Assembly: GCF_006345805.1 (NCBI RefSeq)
Contig: NC_043002.1
Location: forward strand, 35,650,001-35,714,000
Length of the DNA: 64,000 nt
Source of the DNA: Octopus sinensis
Taxonomy: Eukaryota
Direction: 5' to 3'
The notes under the pieces: generated by a model
The model's input: only the letters and a program-made list of their open reading frames with translations
What the model was told of the DNA's origin: nothing
The model's database searches: none
Translations under genes and position numbers: made by a program
Shown here: one piece after another, positions 52,853 to 64,000 of the stretch
How positions within the stretch are numbered: position 1 is the stretch's first letter
Layout of the letters: every line of letters starts with the position of its first letter

Positions 52853-53906
52853 TATATATATGCATACATAATGTGTATGTGCATGTTTATGTGTGTATGT
52901 ATATGTGTATGCATATACAATGCACACACATACGTATGCACATATACATATTCAAATTCACGCATATAAATATACATAGAATAAACATACACATGCAGGT
53001 ACACATACATACATACATACATACATACATACATACATACATACATACATACATACGCGCACATGTGTACACGTGCACATTGCTGCCAAAAAAAGTACTT
53101 TTAATTTTATGCAATACAGACCCATTCTAGAAGCACATATCATGTACAACTCATGGGGCAGAAGTATAATATATTCACCTCCTGAACAGACAGAGAGTTG
53201 TAATAAGATATTCGTTGCTTTATTGCTTATTCATACAATATATGGGACCTGAAGAACTTGTTCAGACAAAATTTGATACATGGTTACCGTAGTGGACGCG
53301 CTTTTAAAATTTTATTTTAAATGTATAAAAAAATTGCCCTGTGACTAATACGGCTGTATTACGGATGTGAGACCGAGTGTCGTATGATAGGGGTGACGAA
53401 TAGGCATAAATCCGCTAGACACAATAATTGTTAATACTAAAAGTATTGATATCAATCGAAAATATGCCCTTTCGTTCAAACTGGGAAAAATTGCTTACTG
53501 TACGTCGGCATTATGTGGAAAAGTCACGTCATCACACTATATCTCGTTCTTCGATATACATCACCCATACCTCGTATGTGTCTAACGTTATTCAATGACT
53601 GTTACATTGCAGAAACATTTTCTAATTCTCTTGAAAGGATTTATTGAATGTTAACATATACATCTACCTGTCAGCTATTTCCATTGAGTGGATGACAATA
53701 AAGTTATAGCAGTGGTGTGCCAGCCCGTTGGCCGATCACAAATCATTACGGCCAAAACTGCGAGTTTCACATCCTGTATGGTAATTCTTTTGACCAACAT
53801 ATAAATGACTAAACAGTTGATCTGAAAGAAGATAAAATTGAAATATGGTACTCATTTAACGGAATTTATGTTTAATAAATTTATGGTTTCATCTTTTATT
53901 CCAGTA

Positions 53907-54286
53907 CTAGCAGTATCGCCCGGCGTTGCTCAGGTTTGTAAGGGAAATAACTATAAAGCATTTTTAGAGTTATAGCCAAAAAATAGCAAAAAAATGGAAA
54001 AAAATGATGGTAAATTTTTTTTTAGTTAAAAAAGGTGGAGTTGCGTCCCCTAGACAGTTTGCGGTTTGTGTTTCTGATTCTCGACCTCATGTCGAATTTA
54101 TCGATTTTTTTCCGAACTGGGGGAACTTTTCAAAATTTTCGCTGCGTTAGTTTTGAATTATGACATTGGGCTATGTGTGTGTCAAGTTTCATCAGAATCG
54201 GTTGAAAGCCGTGGTCAGGGTGAGGGTACAAGCAAACAGACACACAGAAACACGCACAGACAAACTGCCGTTTATATATATAGAGA
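53907..54286 (-). mobile_element. Short non-autonomous Helitron
   Basis: Near-identical to 42823-43204. Confidence 0.9.
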
Positions 54287-54624
54287 TACTGTCCATTTTT
54301 CTACTTACACGCGTAGAGTCATACATTCACCCTTCTACAGAATCATTTTAAAATGTCTTTCAATAAGTGTATGATGGAACACTAAATGTGCTTGTGTTAT
54401 TTTTTCCCCTACATTAGAGGTGCGTCTTATGCGTGAGTATGTCTTATGCTCCTGTAAACACGATATTTTAATGATTCGCTATAACTAAATTGTCTCTGAA
54501 TTCAATAATAATATTGTATTTATTTCATTTTGTTTTGTTTATCTGGTAACAATATTGTTACTGAAGACACTAGAAATCCAGGAAACCACTGTCTAGCTGC
54601 AACAAGAGCACCTTAGTAGTAGTT

Positions 54625-54695
<71 letters not shown>

Positions 54696-56971
54696 TTTTG
54701 TTGTTGCTTAGCTCCAAGGCCAACGTTGAACGTGTATAACTGTGATGAAAATAACGCTCCAATCGTGGTCATCTCGTATTTTAAAAAATACTTATGACAA
54801 TATTGTACTATATTTTCTTTTTTTTAAAGACGGTAATGTTTTGTTTGAAGCCAATGTAAATATTATTTTTACTAAGGAGAGTGACCTTTGTTGGTTGAAA
54901 GAAATTAGAATTTTTTGTATCAGCAATAATAAGTTTCAAAAGAATTCACATTAGGAGTGTTGTGAGGAGAATAAAATTGTAGAATTTTGGACAGTATCCT
55001 TCTTTGGGGAATGAGTAAAATTAACTACTTCAACACTATACTCTACTTCTGAATATATTGATTAATTTTTAGTTCAATACTGTTTATAAAGACAAGTGTA
55101 AAACACACTTACCTTTCATCTTCATGGAGAAAGAACTATCCCGACAACCCGTGTTGGAATTTTCCTCAACAACTCTATATCTGCTGATTTATAATGCTGG
55201 ACTTCTGAAAGAAAACAGTGTTTCTAATTTGCCTGATAAGTTTTGGTGGGGGAATAAATATATTTTTCTCTTTGCTCAGTCGATAAAATGCTTTAGAACC
55301 AAAGGGAAGGCGATGTGTTCAAATGAAGAAACTCTTAAAATATGTGTCCCGAAAAAATACTTATTTGTTTCATTTACACTTTTCGAGTTTAAATAATAGG
55401 AGATAGTCGAAGAAAAATAGAAACTATGTGAATGGTAATAGGGAAAGTAGAATGAATTTATACGTAGTCATAATGTTCTAAATTTGAGTTCTTTTTAAAT
55501 TTCAGTTGCATGGAGTACCGAGATCTAATTTTAGATCAGTATATTCATAGAGTGAGCTGCGCAAATGATCGTAGTTACAAAGACACTCTCAAACTCACGT
55601 AAAAGATTTCAACATCAGTCAAGTGTTTTGGGAGACTCTTACTACTGAGAGATCTAACTGACACTGCTTCACAAAGAATGGGATCATAGTGTCTGAAAAA
55701 AATTATGATTTGATAGAAAGTCTAATTAGTTGAATAAATTATATGTCGCAAGAAAAATGAGAAATTTAACGTTTCGTATAGAATTCTTTGTCGGGGAGAG
55801 ATGAAATTAGTATCGAATTTAGGTCTAAACCTTCCAGTTTCTGGTCTCAGAAGCTTCTGTGCATGTGTGTGTGTGTGTGTTTGTGCGCGTGTGAGTATGT
55901 ATGCATGCATGTCTGCGTGCATGTGTGTATGCATATGGTTGTGTGTCTACACTTACATCTACGTTATTGCTTGTGTTGTACCTTTTTATGTTCTGTAAAT
56001 TAGCTGCTCGACAAATGGAATTCGATAAAATAAGTACTAAAGCACACACGGTCAACTAAAACCCTTGTAGATGGTTCCCTGTGATGGCCGAAGCCTAACA
56101 GATGAAACCAGGAAAAGAAGAACAGAATAATAAATTGATTAAAGGCACACTAACCAGTGATGAATAAAATAAAACTATATACATATTCAAAATGTTCATA
56201 CACTCAGACGTGGAAAGACCTTCGTTGTGGTAATTGTCTTGAAAAGGAAATTCTCCTTACAGACAATCTTTGTGAAAACACACCGCGCTGGGCTATGAAT
56301 GATTTCATTGGATTGTAGTATCAGTGTTCCTGTGTCGTATACGCTTCATCAGTTACAGACACCGATTCCAAACGTGGTAAATATGAATGTACAAAACTTT
56401 ATTGTAGCCTCTAATTAATCGATTCCAGCTTGACAACATTTTGCACACGCCAGCAAATATGTTATTTGCTATTTAAAAATATGAACGGCAGTTCTTAGTG
56501 AGCTGTGAACGACAGATTCAGTGTACGTAATTGATGAAAAATAAACGACAAAGAAACACAATGGCGCCATTCATAGCTCAGGTTTGTGTGGCGGTGTGTT
56601 TTCACACACATAATCTATGAGGAGAATATTTTTTCCAAAGCAGTTACAAGTAAGGATTTTCCATATTTGAACGTACACGAACGTGTTAAATATAAATGTA
56701 ACAGCTTTATTAGAATAATAGAATATACAACTACAGTCTACACAAACAACCATCTTTCTCACGAGAATACGAGGGAGCTTCTTCATCGTCACTTCACATC
56801 TTAGAAATAGCATCCAAATCTTTTTTTAAACCAGATCCAAGCATCTTTAAAAATAAAGGACAAACTGGATAATGCAGTATTAGTTGCATTATACATGATA
56901 ATAAGAAGAAATGACCATGGCCAGAACGTCTTTGGCCATAAGTCTGCCAGATAAGAGCTGTCCTGGGGTAA

Positions 56972-57027
56972 AGAAGAAGAAGAAGAAGAAGAAGAAGAAG
57001 AAGAAGAAGAAGAAGAAGAAGAAGAAA

Positions 57028-57060
<33 letters not shown>

Positions 57061-57150
57061 AAGAAGAAGAAGAAAGAAGAAGAAGAAGAAGAAGAAGAAG
57101 AAGAAGAAGAAGAAGAACAACAACAACAACAACAACAACAACAACGACAA
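56972..57150. repeat. Compound (GAA)n/(TAG)n/(AAC)n microsatellite
   Basis: Directly visible. Confidence 0.95.
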
Positions 57151-57924
57151 CTAAAGGAAATCTTACAATCTGTAGGCCGGCATCTACTCTAACACCATCA
57201 CTAACTATTGCTGACATCTCAAACATGTTATCTACCCTATCCTTAACAAATATTACTGCTTCCAAACCATTAACAAATGCTATCCACACCACTTTTATTG
57301 CCACCACCACCACCACCATCACCCCTATCACTATCACTTACCATCCATTCCTAATCACATCAGTACCCACAAACTCTAACCAACATCAAAACCACCACCA
57401 AAAGCGCAGAAACTCGAAGCTAAGTTTTTTTTTTATAAAGCAAGAGTGTTAAATACTATCCCACCCATCCAGACAAAAACCTGACACCTACCTACCGACC
57501 GACCTACCACCTTTCAACTAACCCCCAACCGACTTCACCCTCGAAACACACAAGTGGAGCAGTGGGGTAATAGAGAATTTAGTGGAAACAGCAGGCCAGT
57601 CTGGAAATGGCAGTTAAGGTACAGTAGACGGAATGCAGGTCATGGAGGTAGTAATGGGTGACGGTACTCAGAAAAAGAGAGAAAGAGGCAATCGCATATT
57701 CAGTTTCTTTTTTCTTGTAGACCATATATCTTGGCCTTGCATCTCTCTATATATGTATGCCTATGCGTCTGTATAGCTGTTTGAGTGTGTGTGTTGTGTC
57801 ACTGTATGAGGACAAACCTATAAATCACTGGTAGGCTACCCAGTGCGGGTTTATTATCACACACACACACACACGCACATACATGCATGTCTATGTGCAT
57901 TTAGTTTAATTTTTTTATAACTGG

Positions 57925-58150
57925 GGTAGCGTAGAGGTCTGTGGATAAGTGGTTAGGGTGTTGGACTCATGATCGTAAGATTGGAGTGTCGGTTTCTAGA
58001 TAGGGTGACGCGTTGTATTGTTGAGCAAAACACTTCATTTCACATTGCTCCAGTCCACTCAGGTGGTCAAAATGAATAATCCTGTGACGGACCGGCGTCC
58101 CGTCCAGGGGTGAATATATACGCCACAGAATCTGGGAAACCTTTGAGTTC
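57925..58150 (+). mobile_element. tRNA-derived SINE (family E)
   Basis: Similar to 7138-7375 and 8195-8400. Confidence 0.75.
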
Positions 58151-58399
58151 ATACGATTCGGATTGGATCTTTATCCTATCCTTTAACTGACAAGAGTTAC
58201 GGAGTTTGTTTTTCTGCTACCTTTCAGTAATTCTTCATGTTTTTGTGTCAAATCTTCCATTTTCTTGCTTTATTTTCTATAATTTATTGTAACTTTTTAA
58301 ACCTCAACTTATCCTCTTTCATTATTGTCACTGACACACTCACAAGCTTATTATTCCCTCTTTTCTATCATCATCTCTGTCTCTCTCCCTCTCTCTTTC

Positions 58400-58438
<39 letters not shown>

Positions 58439-58548
58439 CTTTAAGTAAATATTTTCAATAAGAATATTATGTACTGAATTTATATTAAGTGCTTAATTGT
58501 ATCAGAATATTAATACTATTAAAGTATTTATATATTTAATACGAGCGA

Positions 58549-59550
58549 TATATACATATATTTTTTAATAATATATTATTATTATTATTATTATTAATAT
58601 AAGGAAATTAATATCCAAACTCATCATAAAGATATACCCGTGTGAAAATACTTATTGTAATAAAAATATAAATAAATAAATAAATATAAATATATATAAA
58701 AATATATGTAAATATGTATAAATATAAATATAATGTATAAATAAATTTGATATTTTAAAAGTTTTGAATTAATTATTTAAAGCATCTTACGATCGTTTCA
58801 CAGAAGAGTTGTCCCTATAATGAAATCCTATATTGATAAGCATTTATGGACAACGCTTCTGCTCTTCAGAGATATAAAATATGAATATTGTATAATATAT
58901 CGAATGAAAGTTTTTTTTATTAAATTTGAAGTAAAACTGTAAATGGTGTTTGTTTGAAATATAAATAAAAAATAAAAAATTACTACTTTTGATGAGAGTC
59001 TTAAAGTCCATATATACTTTCTTGGTTATTCTTCTGCAATAATCCATAATATTCATACGTAAAATTCGTCCTATTATCTTGCATTCCAAATATAGTTCAT
59101 ATAGTTAGTTTAGAAATGTGAAACTTGTATATACTTTAGTATGAGAATCTTGAAATTCATATGTCTTCTTGGTAATTCCTCTGTAGCAATCCATAACACT
59201 TTTGTCTTGGTAATTCCTCTGTAGCAATCCATAATACTTTTGTATAAAATTCATTATATTATCTGGTAATCCAAATATAGTTCATAACACAAAATCAAAT
59301 TATATTTTAAATTATATTTGAAGCTCTGAAATTATAAACTGGTCAAAGTAATATCAAATTTATTTATACATTATATTTATATTTATACATATTTACATAT
59401 ATTTTTTTTATATATATTTATATTTATTTATTTATATATATTTTTAATACAATAAGTATTTTCACACGGGTATATCTTTATGATGAATTTGGATATTAAT
59501 TTCCTTATATTAATAATAATAATATATTATTAAAAAATATATGTATATAT
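58549..59550. mobile_element. Unclassified ~1 kb element with ~200 bp terminal inverted repeats
   Basis: 58549-58753 is the rc of 59351-59550, including aaggaaattaatatccaaa(c/t)tcatcataaagatatacccgtgtgaaaatacttattg. Confidence 0.8.
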
Positions 59551-59622
59551 ATATATATATATACGTACATAAATATATATATAATTAAAAAAATATATGT
59601 ACATATATATACGTATATATAT

Positions 59623-59669
<47 letters not shown>

Positions 59670-59819
59670 ACACACACACACACACACACCTGTTGAAGAG
59701 CGTAGGCTCGAAACGTTAAAGACTTGTTTTATTTATATTTCCTGAGCGCCATACTAATACAATTGTTCGTTTGTCTTCCACCTGCCTTCGTCTTTTGTTT
59801 ATTTTCATAAAGCTTCCCG

Positions 59820-59876
<57 letters not shown>

Positions 59877-59880
<4 letters not shown>

Positions 59881-60855
59881 ATGGTTCGGCTAGTGCAGTA
59901 TTTCTTGACCCACTTTGTGGGAGTGGCGCCTGCAGGTCTGGAGTAAAAAGCGACAGCCCTTTGTTTACTGGAAGAGTAATGGCTTTTGGAGGGACCTTTG
60001 GCCTTGCCGGTCAAGGAAGGGTCAAAGAAACTACCTTATAAAAAGGAGCTGTGAATCTAAGTAGATCAGTTTCGGCCGGAGAGATTGAGAGGCAGTCGGT
60101 ATTTGAAATTCAGGGCAAGCAGTCAGCGGTTTTGGAGTATTGGGACAGAAAGAGATATATACAGAGAAATAGGCGGCTGTTAGAGAGGAACTACAATATG
60201 GGACACTGGCTATTCTAGTAGGAACTAAAGGTATTTAATTATGTATTGATACGTGTTACGATGTAAAGAGACTGTAAAAGAAAAAAAGAGAAAGAAGAAA
60301 GAGAGAGAAAAAGAAGGACTCTGATGTAGTCGTTAAAGACTTTGAACTGTAACGTGAATTGTTGTGATACGAACATTGTATAATGAACATTGAACTGTTA
60401 GGCCTTTAATGTCCTTCGAATTGTATATGACTTGTTGATGTGTTTTGAAACAGAACTGTGTCTTCGGACGTGTACCTTTGAAATGCTGATGTATTGACCT
60501 GGATGTGTTGTATACCTGTATTGATTTGTTGTTTCCTTTAAATGGTTTGATCTGTTGTATGATGTATTGAGTTGTCACGTGCATGTCCTCTTTTAAATGT
60601 ATCTGAAATGTATTTGATGATGTAACAATTGATTGTCATATAAACTAGTTGTTAAATGTAAGCCAGTTGTGCCATGCCTCTTTGCGTCTCTCTCGGTTGC
60701 CTCTGTGTCTCTTCGTGCTGCTGCTGTTGTTGTTGTTGTATCTATCTCTCTCCTCTCCGACGAGTTTCCGTAGCGAAAATATTCGCTGCATCGAACGGGC
60801 CCGGGTGTGAAGGATTCCGTAACAGTTCGAATCGGAGGTCCCCACCTTCGTAACA
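59877..60855 (+). mobile_element. Probable solo LTR (Gypsy-like)
   Basis: TGTTA...TAACA termini, TATA-like tataaaaagg near 60036, inserted in (TA)n. Confidence 0.55.
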
Positions 60856-60870
60856 ATATATATATAATAT

Positions 60871-60947
<77 letters not shown>

Positions 60948-60966
60948 TATATATATATATATATAC

Positions 60967-61027
<61 letters not shown>

Positions 61028-61075
61028 ATATATTATATATATATATATATTATATATATATATATATAATATATA

Positions 61076-61126
<51 letters not shown>

Positions 61127-61129
<3 letters not shown>

Positions 61130-61615
61130 GGCCGTCCACTCGTGACCGAGGAAGACCATTGCTGAACTTTAGGAACATTGTGCGCTCTAGGACTAACTAA
61201 TATTTTGCATTTGCGGCTCCGTTGGTGGCTAATGATCCTGCTGCTGACATGCATACACGACTGCAAACATTGCAAACCAAGTTGTCCCTATTCACTACAG
61301 TGCGCTTTCAAGTAGCATTAAATTCTTCATGCAAAATACATGCTTTCTCAAAGGTGTCGATCCCCTGCTTAACCTGCTTCCTCCATCTGTAGCAATGACA
61401 GGCATTGCTCTCCCAGTTGGTCTCCTGCACATCACAGGCCTTTAATGAGGACTTGACACAGTCCTTAAATCGCAGCCTTTGTTTCTGCTGGGGTCTCTTT
61501 CCACTAACAAATTCCCTGTATAGCATCTGTTTAGGGATCCTGCTCTCCTTCATTCTAATAAGGTGTTTAGTCCAACGTGACAGGTGCTTGTGTACCATCG
61601 CCTCAATACTCAAGA
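61127..61615 (-). mobile_element. RTE-clade LINE 3' end
   Basis: HLSRWTKHLIRMKESRIPKQMLYREFVSGKR...RLRFKDCVKSSLK. Confidence 0.85.
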
Positions 61616-61621
61616 GTCGGG

Positions 61622-61960
61622 GAGGAGGTTAGATGAAGAGGGGAGGAGAGTTGAGCCCAAATGGCGTAAAAGAGCGAAGAGAGAAGATTAATCCCTGTTC
61701 ACAGCGCAAACGGGAGTCCGGGTGGCCTCTGTGCAAGGACAATCCGAACACAGACAGGTGTTGCAAGGAGTGACCGGTGGAGCGAAAATGGCGTGAGACC
61801 GGAGTGTCATTACCGAGGCGGATGTCTCGGAGGTGCTCTGCGAACCGGTCAGCCAAGCGGCGTCCCATTTGTCCGATGTACAGGGAATGGCAGAGAGACC
61901 AGGAGATGCAATAGATGATATTGCTGGAGGTGCAGGTGAAGGAGTCTGAGAGCTATGCCA
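61622..61960 (-). mobile_element. PLE GIY-YIG endonuclease fragment
   Basis: FTCTSSNIIYCI...LYIGQMGRRLADRFAEHLRDIR...PVSRHF...GHS. Confidence 0.9.
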
Positions 61961-62928
61961 GCAGATCGCAAGCTCCTTGTAAGGCCCTTCATGCTTGTCA
62001 AATCAAAAGATAGAAGCAAGACTAAAAGAGGTAAAAATGGGTTTGCGTAGAGCTAACATCCCTACTTAGAAAAATCAAAGTTACAAAAGTATCGGTGACA
62101 ATCCAAAACGAACAAGACTCGAAAGAGGAAAGCCTTCTCTCATGTTGAAACGAGAGCGTCAGTACAGGTGGCACAGGCGACGAGGAGGCAGAGCTGAAAA
62201 GCAGGGATCCAACTGGAGAGAAGCAGAAAAACAGCTCAGAGTCGAAAAAGGTAGAGAAAAGTCTTCGATGGCCTATGCTCCATTGGGAACGAAGGGTTTA
62301 CGTAAGTATGCCTAAGAGTACATTAATAAATTATAAACCGGTGGTGATATGAATGAAATTTGGCTCCTATTTCTAACAGAATATACGACTATATAGACAC
62401 TCTCTCAGTTGTTTGTTACAGAGCTGGTATGTATTTATATCATCTAAACGATTGCTTTTTACACTGCAAGCAGGTTCTCTCCGCCCAGTTGTTTTTGCGA
62501 TTGGATTTCAAATGTTTTTTCTCATTTGTCATAATTTTGACAGAGTCAATGGCCATTTTCCAAAGTCTCGGTGATTTGGGATTTGGGGAAAGTGCAAAAC
62601 AAACAAACAAAATAAAAACAAAAAAAAAAACAAAACACCCCCTACCTGTGACTAGTATGTTTTTGCAGTAGGAAACAGCGCATCAAAGCACTAAATGTAT
62701 ATATTTATAAATAAGTAATAGTTTGTGTTTCGCTAAGATGCAGTGCACGGTACCAAAATGTTCGACTCGAGTCTAATATGACAAACTATACTAACACTTT
62801 AACTGAGGAGGGTTTACGTAATGGATGCAAACCTGAAACGTACATATTAAATGATTTCAAAATATCAGTATTTAGTTTCACATCATTATTACAACTATAA
62901 ATAATACATACATACATACATACATACA

Positions 62929-62960
<32 letters not shown>

Positions 62961-62984
62961 CATATATATATATATATATATATA

Positions 62985-63175
62985 GGGAGAGTTCACGAAA
63001 AAAACCAAAAAACAAGTGACGAAGACAGGTGGTGTACAAAACAAACAGATGTATTAGTATAACGCTCAGGAATAGAAAAAGTATTTTACGTTTCGAGCCT
63101 ACGCTCTTCTACAGAAAGGGACACGGAAAAAAAAAACAAGGAGAGAAACAAGAAGAGAGAAAAAAAATGTGTGTA
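62985..63175 (-). mobile_element. Short non-autonomous repeat, also at 59690-59820, abutting (TA)n
   Basis: Shared gaagagcgtaggctcgaaacgt...ttcctgagcg..atactaatac. Confidence 0.7.
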
Positions 63176-63531
63176 GTGGCTACCGATCTATATATATACA
63201 TTTATCTTTCAAAGCTGGAATAAAAGAAACAGAACGCAAATATTGTCATAAATGTTATAGTTAATAAATTACTCCAGTATGCTTTATTGGTGTGTGTATG
63301 CATGTACGCGCGCGTGTGCCTGCGCGCACAAGTGTATGTATTTTATCGACCCCGAATGTATGTACGTACGTATGTATACATGTATGTATGTATATATGTA
63401 TGTATGAGGTCGACTTTGCCTTTCATCCTTTCGGGGTCGATAAATAAAGTACCAGTTTCGCACTGGGGTCGATGTAATCGACCTAATCCGTTTGTCCCCT
63501 CTGTGTTTAGCCCCTTGTGGGCAGTAAAGAA

Positions 63532-63564
<33 letters not shown>

Positions 63565-64000
63565 TGTATGTATGTATGTATGTATGTATGTATGTATGTA
63601 TGTATTCTGTCATTGCTTTCTTGTATGTCAATCTTTGTTCAACCATCTTTAGCAGCAGAAGCACCGCCACCAACAGAAGCTTCTTTCAACTGCTCCACCG
63701 TTAAAATTATAATCATTCATCGTAGCCATCATTAATGTCGTCGTCACCACTATCAGCACCACCACCACCACCACCACCACCACCATCATCATTATTATGA
63801 TCGTCGTCGTGGTTATCATTGTTCTCTCTCACGTTTCCTCTTTTCCTCTCTCCTGCAACCACCTCCAGTATTCAACTCCCACATATAACACCACACCACA
63901 CCACTCCACATCATACCACACCTCACCATCTCCACTGCCAAAGATAATGTGTCAACAAGAGAGGCCAATGGTCAAGGCTACACATAGTCTGCTGTAACAC

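Noticed and set aside
60330-60590. KGLTVQ-like stretch suggesting a PLE N-terminal region
   Set aside because: Lies inside a TGTTA...TAACA-bounded solo-LTR-like unit and has no supporting RT motifs

Overview
AT-rich, microsatellite-dense eukaryotic genomic DNA. The SINE families, RTE/R4-type LINE remnants and (TA)n/(CA)n/(TACA)n load look like an Octopus (coleoid cephalopod) genome; this is inferred from repeat content only. No host protein-coding gene can be called with confidence, and most ORFs in the supplied track are translated microsatellites. Recognisable content: tRNA-derived SINEs, RTE and R4/Dong-like LINE fragments, Penelope-like element (PLE) fragments with GIY-YIG endonuclease, mariner/Tc1 remnants, a near full-length 2.7 kb hAT, hAT MITEs, Helitrons, a probable solo LTR and a CpG-island promoter near 2.4-2.6 kb. 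The most striking signal is at 45-48.5 kb. There, a non-coding ~500 bp unit in tandem plus an inverted copy carries a minimal type I hammerhead ribozyme (CUGAUGA...GAAA-CUGCAG-UA), next to a PLE that has its own hammerhead. This fits a retrozyme-like, potentially circRNA-producing, PLE-mobilised system. Further hammerhead-like relics from other repeat families occur at 1.4, 4.4, 48.4, 59.7 and 63.1 kb.
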